A stretch of 50,965 nucleotides of DNA from a virus (taxonomy: Duplodnaviria > Caudoviricetes): positions 1-50,965 of IMG/VR virus record IMGVR_UViG_3300037308_000082. The stretch is one strand, 5' to 3'. Under the pieces are notes generated by a model. It did not search any database, was not told the origin of the DNA, and worked only from the letters and a program-made list of their open reading frames with translations. Made by a program: the position numbers and the translations under genes. Shown here piece after piece: positions 8,001 to 14,862 of the stretch. Positions within the stretch are counted from its first letter, which is position 1. Every line of letters begins with the position of its first letter.

Positions 8001-10432
8001 TCAGGGTTGATCGTCACTGGCATGTGGTCGGTGAGGACCGTCACAGTCCCATCAGGGTTGTCCTTCGTGTTGACGACCGTGTGGTGTGTGCCCGCCAAGT
8101 CGAACTCGTCGCCCGGCATCCAGAGACCGGGTGGCGGCGGTGGCTTGCTCGGAGCGCCCAGGTACGTTGCGTACATGCCGCTGTCGAGGTCGAGCCCGTC
8201 TTTGTCAAGGTTGTAGGGGTAGGGGCTCTCCTCAGTCATGATCGTGAAGCCCTTGGGCGTCTTCGTGACAGACTTCACAGTGAGAACGTCGCCTGATGCT
8301 TGATCCTCGAACTGAGACCCGACAGGCCAACGATCTGGCGAGGGAACACCGCTGTCGAGAACGAGCGGATCAACAACGGAATACTGCTCACCCGTGTCGA
8401 TGTTCTCCCCGGTCGGTGTGAAGTACAAGACCGTGCCGTTGTCAGTCGTGATGGCGTGGTCTCCGTTGGCTGCAACGGCAATCGTGGAGATCTTGTGTGT
8501 CTCGCCGGACCCGGTGCCCTGGATCTCCTGTCCCTCGATCCAGGTCTTCGGGTCGCCCGCTGGGTCTGCCGAGATGAGGGTAACCGGTGGCTCGGGCGGA
8601 GTCACCGTGGTCGTCGAGCCCTCAGCGCCCCACAGGTCTCCATCTTCGGTGAAGTAGAGGTCAATGACAGACCCGCTCGCCTGCTTCACCTTGACAGGGT
8701 AGGTGCCGTCTGCGTCGAGCGGGCTGACGCTCTCGACGGTGACAACGAAGGGCAGGGCGCCCGGAGAGTAGACGGGGTTCGTGATCGTCAGCGTCGAGCC
8801 CGGCTTCCACGACAGAGGCCCCTCTGCGTCTGTGACCTCGGTGATGCCTCCGGGCGCCGTCGGCAGTGAGCCCGGCGCTGCTGGCCCTGTGTAGGTCGGG
8901 TAGTCCTTCGTGAACTTCAGGTTCCCGGCAGGGTCGAAGAGGATCGGCTGCCCAAAGGTCTCTGAGGCGTCTGTCGGGAAGACGGCGACGGTGCCATCCG
9001 AGTGGATCTCGACCTTCTCGACCTTGTGGTGGAAGCCGAACAACTCGAACGTGTCGCCCGGCGTCCAGTCCTTCGGCAACTTCGTCGGCGCAAGATCTGC
9101 CAGCAGGTCGGGATCACCCGTACCGACGTCGGTCGTCTCGTCGAACAGCGACCAGTCCTGATCGAGCCACGTCTCCATGCCCCGGATCGCCTCGCGCAGC
9201 GCCTTGCGGTCCTCCGGGACGTGCTGATCCTTCGTCCAGCCGTTTAGCCGCTCGTCGGCCTTCCACAAGTGCCCGACAGCCGTGGTGACGGCATGCTTGA
9301 CCTCGGGGTCGCCGGGGTTCGTCCCGTCCCAAGGGGAGTTCGTTAGGATCTGCTGAGCGTTGTGCATGCTCTTGACGACCTCGTCCCACTTGGCCTGGTC
9401 GTCGTCCCACTTGGCCTCCATGATCCCGTTCCACGCGGAGTCCATGAAGGCCCAGGGAGTCGTCAGCCACCGGCCGCTGTACTTGCCGTTGCCCTTCGGC
9501 ACGCGCAACTGGGTCTTCCAGCCGTCGCCTGCAGCCGTGAGCGCGGCCCGCTTGGGCGCGTCAGCACCGATGATCGAACAGCGACAGTTGACGGTGAGGT
9601 GTGGCGGCGCAGTCGGGTCGCCCGGCATCATGAGCGCGAAGCCGCCGACGATGAAGGGCTCGTCAATCCGCCGGACCTGGCCATCAGCCTCGCGGTGCTC
9701 GATTCGCGTGCGCTCGTCGTCGGTGGCCAGCCACCGCTTGTGCGTGACGCCCTCGTCGATCAGCGCGGCCAGGGCGCCTGCGTTCTGCATCCCGGTAAAC
9801 TCCGTCCGGGCGATGCGCTTGGCCCGGACAGCCCAGAGGGACTCATGCTCGCGGATCCGGTCCACAGCCTCGGCACGGACAGCCTGCAGGTCCTTGATCC
9901 TCGGGTCGTTCGCGTGGACGGCCATCCGCTCGGGCGTCCCTGGCGGCCCGAGGGGGTCCAGGATCGCGTCGATCGCGTCCTCGGCCTTCTTCTTCTGGGC
10001 CTTCCAGTAGTCCTTGTTCGGCTCCCAGGCCAGCCGCTCGGCGATGTCTCGCGCCATCTCCTGCGGCGTCCAGCCTTCGAGCGCGGCGAGACTCTGGCTC
10101 AGCCGCACCTGATCCATCGCGGCTTCGGGCAGACTTGGCTCGACACGACGGCTGAGCCGGTCGGTGACGGCTGCCAGGTGCATGGCACGGGCGTCGGCGT
10201 TGGCCGGGCTCGGGGTTGGGAAGGCGGCCTCCCACATGGCTCGAATGGTTTCAACAACGGGCTCCTGGACGGCCTCGGTGTACCAGTCCTGCAGCACTCC
10301 CAAGGCGATGACAGGCTGCACGTCCGTCAGGCGGCCTTCAGCCAGCGCCTCTCGGACCCCGGCGAGGACAGCCGCCAGGTACGTCTGCGTGGCCTCGTTG
10401 ACCTGGCCCTCAAGATCACCCAACGAGGTCAT
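5084..10432 (-). CDS. MuF (Mu gpF-like) minor head protein fused to repeats, an atypical kinase-like domain and a VIP2-like ADP-ribosyltransferase (1782 aa)
   Basis: MuF motifs RIARTE, KRWLATDDERTR..H...DGQ, PGDP, NCRC; kinase-like GSNPGG/YVK/NE/NWDV/DN/VDLG; ART motifs INGGLR, LFRG, MSTS, EREFLL. Confidence 0.85.
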   Translation of the reverse strand: MTSLGDLEGQVNEATQTYLAAVLAGVREALAEGRLTDVQPVIALGVLQDWYTEAVQEPVVETIRAMWEAAFPTPSPANADARAMHLAAVTDRLSRRVEPSLPEAAMDQVRLSQSLAALEGWTPQEMARDIAERLAWEPNKDYWKAQKKKAEDAIDAILDPLGPPGTPERMAVHANDPRIKDLQAVRAEAVDRIREHESLWAVRAKRIARTEFTGMQNAGALAALIDEGVTHKRWLATDDERTRIEHREADGQVRRIDEPFIVGGFALMMPGDPTAPPHLTVNCRCSIIGADAPKRAALTAAGDGWKTQLRVPKGNGKYSGRWLTTPWAFMDSAWNGIMEAKWDDDQAKWDEVVKSMHNAQQILTNSPWDGTNPGDPEVKHAVTTAVGHLWKADERLNGWTKDQHVPEDRKALREAIRGMETWLDQDWSLFDETTDVGTGDPDLLADLAPTKLPKDWTPGDTFELFGFHHKVEKVEIHSDGTVAVFPTDASETFGQPILFDPAGNLKFTKDYPTYTGPAAPGSLPTAPGGITEVTDAEGPLSWKPGSTLTITNPVYSPGALPFVVTVESVSPLDADGTYPVKVKQASGSVIDLYFTEDGDLWGAEGSTTTVTPPEPPVTLISADPAGDPKTWIEGQEIQGTGSGETHKISTIAVAANGDHAITTDNGTVLYFTPTGENIDTGEQYSVVDPLVLDSGVPSPDRWPVGSQFEDQASGDVLTVKSVTKTPKGFTIMTEESPYPYNLDKDGLDLDSGMYATYLGAPSKPPPPPGLWMPGDEFDLAGTHHTVVNTKDNPDGTVTVLTDHMPVTINPDGTSTGGAPVENFLVGGQAPTSPEPNVSLWSPGDQVEVDGTVYTIEKVEEGPNDYLVTFEEEGSPSVFIDPQSNKDFGPGQHETTWVAAGQVAPGGDEDDDLPEVENAYDLKPGDTIQTSNGLQHVIISVGPGHEPDTVQIETDKTTLVLDADGISAQSGLPVYLVQSGEPPPQQQPSPLDLDTLPEPIPDVTGWKKISGPKGSNPGGVYEDENGKRHYVKQSKSDLHAKNEALTARLYALAGIKTTNPQLVVTDDEGRLGTSAEMLDGTVGLNTEARKKMRKGFAADVWLANWDVVGLTEDNALTTPDGTLVRVDLGGSLLFRAQGGPKGDAFGESASEWVSMRSHTKNPQAANVFGSMSGAELQESAETLLFISNADIDAAVNDIFGAEDPVGTKLKVTLKARRDDVLKRAGVEKPETAPDPLPPPTPGTKAATEITVPSSEIVPGDVLALSGAVLKKSGGKLVPAVMGKQGKHDDQPEVATVVQGKIWTTITTTTGQQLWIEQGVSVPIEREVEPAEIEVPGTKIEIGDVLQLQQIGGTVLKKSGGKLVPAESGYQGKHESQPTVASVSHGTIWTTVTTTTGQKLWIGHGQTTAVIRTPGSAKPGAKIDGKTTWKNKPAPVMPTMPDEPKPDKPTKAAWASWLAKVEARYKANPNAAKSSVQQSNKWGQIQKVMDVEGGSGGVKSNLDALLAKQYLDQALYDEALAVIEEAKQGFAGKHAKWEKDKAAWEIAKAAWEADYAAWRKENPTSLLGMAGAQPWMGMSWQDMNQRAQEIFYEPSSSGALSSFTGGGYTGINGGLRDVPPQPIPPSLVSKVSVLDKATKHPTQADAYLFRGDGGKMFGIPAPSLPELEAMIGQVKTQNAYMSTSIGSGAAFSHMKYQVVFRAPAGTHGGWVANKSSVGTGEREFLLARGTQYVIHAVEYRNGTYFVQAEILPPGSGEPDNPQALPLPPPPGMIGTHFQADTEAL

Positions 10433-10775
10433 GGAGCCGCCCCTCTAGGTCCGCAAACTCGTGCGGCTGCCGGGCCAGCACAAGCCCTCGCACGTAGTCG
10501 TCCAGCGTGGCTTGAAGCGCGGCCTCGACAACAGAGCAACAGCCGTGCTCGTTCACAAGCCGGGGGAGGGTCGTCCACGCGCCGGACAGGGCGGAGTCCA
10601 CCATCACCGAGTCAGGCTGCCAGATCGTGTGTGCCTCGTGCCACGGCCGTCCTGTGCGGGACAGCGCCCCGAACCTGCTGCGCTCGACGCGCACCACCCG
10701 CTTGCCGATCAACTCCAAGGCCCGAACGACGGCGAGGTCACAAGCCGCCGCCAACACACGGATGTCGGTGCTCAC
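10416..10775 (-). CDS. Hypothetical head-module protein (119 aa)
   Basis: GTG overlaps the portal stop; fills the gap between portal and MuF. Confidence 0.65.
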   Translation of the reverse strand: MSTDIRVLAAACDLAVVRALELIGKRVVRVERSRFGALSRTGRPWHEAHTIWQPDSVMVDSALSGAWTTLPRLVNEHGCCSVVEAALQATLDDYVRGLVLARQPHEFADLEGRLHDLVG

Positions 10776-12256
10776 GCCGGGGCCTCGGTCGGCGGCCCCT
10801 GGACGGGTCGGAGGGGCGCGGGTCGTGCCTGCTGGGCCGGTGGCGCCTGCTGAGCCGGTGGCGCCTGCTGCTGGCCGGGCACGACGGGCGGGGTGTAGCC
10901 TGTTGCGGGCGTGCCGTCGAGCAAAGCGTAGAAGTGCTGGTACAACTCTGCCAGGTTGTCCACCAACTGAGCGTTACCGGCGGCTACCTGCAGGGCTAAC
11001 TTGATCGCCTGCTCTTGTGCGCTGGGCTTGTCCTCGTCAGTGAAGCCGCCGATCTGGCGCAGGACATCGTCGCTGAGGACGCCGACAGCGTGGAGTTGGC
11101 TCGCGTCGGCGAGACGGTTTGGCCGCTGCACGAGCAGGGCCACGTCGGCCCGGATCGCGTAGTCCTCCCAGTCCGCGACACCCTGCTGCTGCAGGATGGC
11201 CTGGTAGAAGGTCGTCAGCCCGTCACAGATCAGCGTCAGCCGGGGCTGAACGTGAACCTGAACAACCTCGTCTCGCACGAGCCAGGAACTCCAGTGATTT
11301 CCCTGAGACATCCCCAGCAGCAACTCGGGTGGCGCGTCCAGGCTGAGGGCCAGCCGCCGGATCGCCTCCTCACGGAGAGACTGGCTGTTCTCGTCGAACG
11401 GAGTGGCGAACGAGTCGAACCGGATCTTGGAGATCGCCTCGTCCGGGGCGCCCATCAGCAGAGGCACGACGGCGCTAGCCGCGCTGCGGTCCTCGATCGG
11501 GGTGAGCATCCCGGCCATGATCGCGTTTAGCACAGGGTTCTCGGTGTAGGAGACCTCCGCCTGCGCGACGGCGCCGCCACCCTGCAGAATGGAGTTCGGC
11601 AGCCAGTAGATGCCCGCGCCCGCCAGCCTGCTGTCGATCTGGCTCATCAGGTGCTCTGAGAGACCGACCAACTCGCGAAGGATCGGCAGGGCACTGCGGG
11701 TCGGGCTGTCGGCCTCACGACGGTTGGCCGGGTGCGGGTCCCAGATCCGGTCCAGGTACACGTCGTCGAGCGAGTACCGTGGACCGTCGAGAACCTGGAC
11801 GTGGCCCGGCGAGAAGGTGAGTTCCCGTGTGCTGTAGACCCGCCACTCGGGCTCGCCGGTCTCTTCGCTTGGGAACCCGGCGAGGTACGCCTCTCCGGCG
11901 ACGAACAGGTTCACCCCGAGACGGCGTACCATCTGCGCCTCGACGAGCGCCAGGGCCTCGGTAGCAGGGTCACCGTCGTCTACCCGCTCCCCGGCCCGCT
12001 CGACGAACAACTTTGCCTCGCTCATGCGTTGTGCCAAAGCGTTGGCGACGTAGCGCAACTCGCCGACTTGATCGTAGAAGGTCCACGCCTCGACCTGCCA
12101 GGAGTCGGCGGGCTTGTACCGGGCACGCTTCGCCTTCGAGACCGGCTCAGCAGAGGCTCGAAGCCTGCGGTCGGTCGTCCGTGGCCCGTTGTAGGCCCAC
12201 GCATCCTCGGACGTCAGAACAGCGGCCACTTGTCGGGGCCTGCCAAAGAGCGCCAC
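10772..12256 (-). CDS. Portal protein
   Basis: WQVEAWTFYDQVGELRY, WDPHP...ADSP.R, SRLAGAG, LDAPPELLLG, NHWSSW motifs of cluster-B-like portals; follows terL. Confidence 0.85.
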   Translation of the reverse strand: MALFGRPRQVAAVLTSEDAWAYNGPRTTDRRLRASAEPVSKAKRARYKPADSWQVEAWTFYDQVGELRYVANALAQRMSEAKLFVERAGERVDDGDPATEALALVEAQMVRRLGVNLFVAGEAYLAGFPSEETGEPEWRVYSTRELTFSPGHVQVLDGPRYSLDDVYLDRIWDPHPANRREADSPTRSALPILRELVGLSEHLMSQIDSRLAGAGIYWLPNSILQGGGAVAQAEVSYTENPVLNAIMAGMLTPIEDRSAASAVVPLLMGAPDEAISKIRFDSFATPFDENSQSLREEAIRRLALSLDAPPELLLGMSQGNHWSSWLVRDEVVQVHVQPRLTLICDGLTTFYQAILQQQGVADWEDYAIRADVALLVQRPNRLADASQLHAVGVLSDDVLRQIGGFTDEDKPSAQEQAIKLALQVAAGNAQLVDNLAELYQHFYALLDGTPATGYTPPVVPGQQQAPPAQQAPPAQQARPAPLRPVQGPPTEAPA

Positions 12257-12265
12257 GGTCGAATC

Positions 12266-13777
12266 CTACCCCCTTCTCGCCCGAGAATGCACGCGTCCCC
12301 GCTGAACCTTGCCGGTCGGCACGAACGGGGTGACGGTGCCGAGACGCCGAAGCCGGGTCAGTGCCTGGCTGGTTGCATCTACCTGATCATCGTAGGGTGC
12401 GTTGGGGAAGGCCCGCATCTCACTCAGGAAGTCCGGCAGCCAGTCGGCCAGGGCAGGCAGGTACACGTTGCCCGCCTCGACCTCGGGCGTGATGGCCCGC
12501 GCCCGCGCCTCCTTGGAGTCGGTCGGGTTGATCGGGATAAGGCCAGGGATGCGGGCCTTCAGCACGTCGATCACGGCCGTGCCGTTGGCCTTGTCCTCGA
12601 CGATGTGCTCGTGCGCCCCGCTCGTGGCGATGAAGTCCTCCATCACGGCCAGCGTCTCCGTGAAGGAGAGCCGCCGCCGGACCTGGCGCAGCAGGTAGCG
12701 GTCGGCACCGGCAACGCCCCACTCCTGGCCGACGACCCAGTCGCTCTCCTTGGTGCTCTTGAAGGCGCAGTCCCAACTCGTGATCCGCCGCTCGAAAGCC
12801 AGCCCGTCTAGGTCGCCGGGCCGCCAGTACTGCCACCAGTCAGCCTCGAACACTGAGCCCTTCGCCGACGACGGCCGCTGCTGGTACAGGCCCTGCCAGA
12901 CGTAGGAGCCGACGCCCCGGCGCACGTCAGCCCAACGGGACAGCGCTTCCTCGGTGGTCTCCGCCGGGTTGAGCGGGCTGAGCAGAGGCTCGCCCTCACT
13001 GCGGCCCAGGATGTCGGGGCCGAACGGCTTCTTGGTTCGCGGGTCGGTTGCCTCCGGGTCCTCGGCCAGCGCGGGTAGGCTGATGACCTCCCACGCGGCC
13101 GGGTCACCCTCGTACTCGTTGCTGAGCAGGCGGCCCACAAAGTCGTCCTCGTGCCAGCGGGTCATGATCGTCACGACCAGGCTTGGCGGGTGCAGTCTGG
13201 TGCGGCTGTTGGCTAGCCACCAGTCCCACACGAAGTCTCGTGAGACCGGGCTGTGCGCCTCGGCAAAGTCCTTCACCGGATCGTCAATCAGCATCACCTT
13301 CGCCCCCCGGCCCGTCACACTCTCGCGGATGGACCGGCTGAGCATGACGCCACCCTCGGTCGTCTCCCACTCCTTCGCCGCGCCCGCGTCGGCCGCCAGA
13401 GCAACACCGAACCGCTCCCCGTGTTCCTCAATAAGTCGTCGTGCGTGCCGCCCCCACCCGGCCGCCAGGGTTGGGTCGTGGCTCAAGAGCATCAGCGGCC
13501 AGTCGGGATGCCGGTGGAACACCCAGAGCGGGAAGTAGACGGACAGGAGCAGGGACTTGCCGTGCCGGGGAGGAACCGAGATCGCCAGGTAGCGGCTCTG
13601 CCCGCCCTCGACGTCGTGGAGCGCGTGTGTGAGCCGGTCGGAGATGTGCAGCAGGTGGTCACGGAGAACGTAACTCTCGTCGAGCCCCCGTGCCAGGGCG
13701 ATGGGGCTCGCCCACTCGACGGCCGGTGCCAGGTCACCCGTCAGTCGGTCTTCGAGCGCGTCGATCCAACTCGTCAC
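12266..13777 (-). CDS. terL: Terminase large subunit
   Basis: Walker A PPRHGKS, Walker B VMLIDDP, MTRWHEDD, YQQRP, nuclease WD...IVEDKANG...DDQVD. Confidence 0.95.
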   Translation of the reverse strand: MTSWIDALEDRLTGDLAPAVEWASPIALARGLDESYVLRDHLLHISDRLTHALHDVEGGQSRYLAISVPPRHGKSLLLSVYFPLWVFHRHPDWPLMLLSHDPTLAAGWGRHARRLIEEHGERFGVALAADAGAAKEWETTEGGVMLSRSIRESVTGRGAKVMLIDDPVKDFAEAHSPVSRDFVWDWWLANSRTRLHPPSLVVTIMTRWHEDDFVGRLLSNEYEGDPAAWEVISLPALAEDPEATDPRTKKPFGPDILGRSEGEPLLSPLNPAETTEEALSRWADVRRGVGSYVWQGLYQQRPSSAKGSVFEADWWQYWRPGDLDGLAFERRITSWDCAFKSTKESDWVVGQEWGVAGADRYLLRQVRRRLSFTETLAVMEDFIATSGAHEHIVEDKANGTAVIDVLKARIPGLIPINPTDSKEARARAITPEVEAGNVYLPALADWLPDFLSEMRAFPNAPYDDQVDATSQALTRLRRLGTVTPFVPTGKVQRGRVHSRARRG

Positions 13778-14277
13778 GCGACACCCTCTTGTGCTGCCTC
13801 CAACTCACGGATCTTGGTGAGGAAGGTCGCCGTCACGGCTCGCTGCTGGTCGCTCGGGAGCCCGGACTCGGCGACGGCGGCGGCCAGCGCGGCGGCCATC
13901 AGGGTGACCTTCTCTTCCTCGACTTGCACGAGCCGGGCGTTCACCATGTCGGCGAAGTCGAGCCCGAACATCTTGGCCCGGCGCTCCAGCACCTTGATCG
14001 CGACCTCGATGGCCCGTGGCTCTCCGAGCATCACCCGTGGCCAGATCGACTCCTGCATGGCGTCGATCCGCAGGGCCTCCAGGTGGATCTGCACCTGGCG
14101 GCTCAGCAACTGGTTCTCGGGCCGCTGCATGGCGTTGTGGAAGATGCGGCTGGCGTTGGACCAGCCTTGCTCCCGCTCGATCTGTGCCAGGCTCTTCCCG
14201 GCCAGGCGCTCTCGGAGACACAGGACCTCCTTGTCCCGTGCCTCCCGTAACTTCTCAGGGCTCGCCCCTCTGGTCAT
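13774..14277 (-). CDS. Probable terminase small subunit (HTH)
   Basis: HTH-like AGKSLAQIEREQGW and LERRAKMFGLD; overlaps terL start; ATG 14277 is 6 nt after a TATGAT -10. Confidence 0.7.
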   Translation of the reverse strand: MTRGASPEKLREARDKEVLCLRERLAGKSLAQIEREQGWSNASRIFHNAMQRPENQLLSRQVQIHLEALRIDAMQESIWPRVMLGEPRAIEVAIKVLERRAKMFGLDFADMVNARLVQVEEEKVTLMAAALAAAVAESGLPSDQQRAVTATFLTKIRELEAAQEGVA

Positions 14278-14339
14278 GGTTCCATCATACCCTACGGAAC
14301 CCGGTTCGCGCCGTCCCGAACGGGGTCTTCGCAGCGGTG

Positions 14340-14700
14340 CCGTGGTCCACAGTAGCCCTTTGTGGCCCACAGTAGCCCGAAAATCGGGAGTGGAGTACAC
14401 CCCTTTTGACACCACTCTCCCTCCTAGCTACACTTGTAAGAAGAACTATTTTTTTACTTTTTTCTTTTGTTCTAGTGGAGTAAGAGTGGTATAAGAGTGG
14501 ATGTAAAAGTGGGGTAAAAAGTATACCTGATCAGTGGAAGTGGTGTAAGTGGTGTAAGAAGTCATTGATCCCACAGATCAGGGGGAAGAAGATCAAAAGC
14601 AGGATATGGGACAAAGGGACGCCAGCAACACCACTTCCTTATCTTACGTTTCTTGTCTGTAGCCTTTTGGGCCTACCGCGTCCAACTGTAAGACTCAACT
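14340..14700. other. AT-rich non-coding region with AGTGG repeats; candidate replication origin
   Basis: The one markedly AT-rich tract, with T-runs and ~8 AGTGG repeats, between the divergent arms next to the primase-helicase gene. Confidence 0.55.
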
Positions 14701-14728
14701 TGCGTTGCCGCACCGGACCCGCTATGCT
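14700..14728 (+). promoter_or_regulatory. Promoter for primase-helicase (TTGCGT-17-TATGCT)
   Basis: Matches the repeated phage promoter consensus. Confidence 0.6.
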
Positions 14729-14729
14729 G

Positions 14730-14854
14730 TCCCTGTCGCGTTGGCCACGCGACAGGGATTGTGTCCCTCCTCAGCGGTGGGGCCGGGCTGTGGGTTCCTC
14801 CCTAGGCCCGCGCCCGGCCCCCTGCGGAGGGAGGGGCACCCGAGACCTAGGGAG
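14730..14854 (+). promoter_or_regulatory. Structured 5' leader: two hairpins, second loop complementary to the SD
   Basis: 12-bp perfect stem 14730-14758; long stem 14761-14839; loop CTCCCTAGG pairs with CCTAGGGAG (14846-14854). Confidence 0.6.
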
Positions 14855-14862
14855 CGCCACCT

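Noticed and set aside
14474-14560. Short repeats as a CRISPR array
   Set aside because: Units are only 5-12 bp and have no unique spacers.
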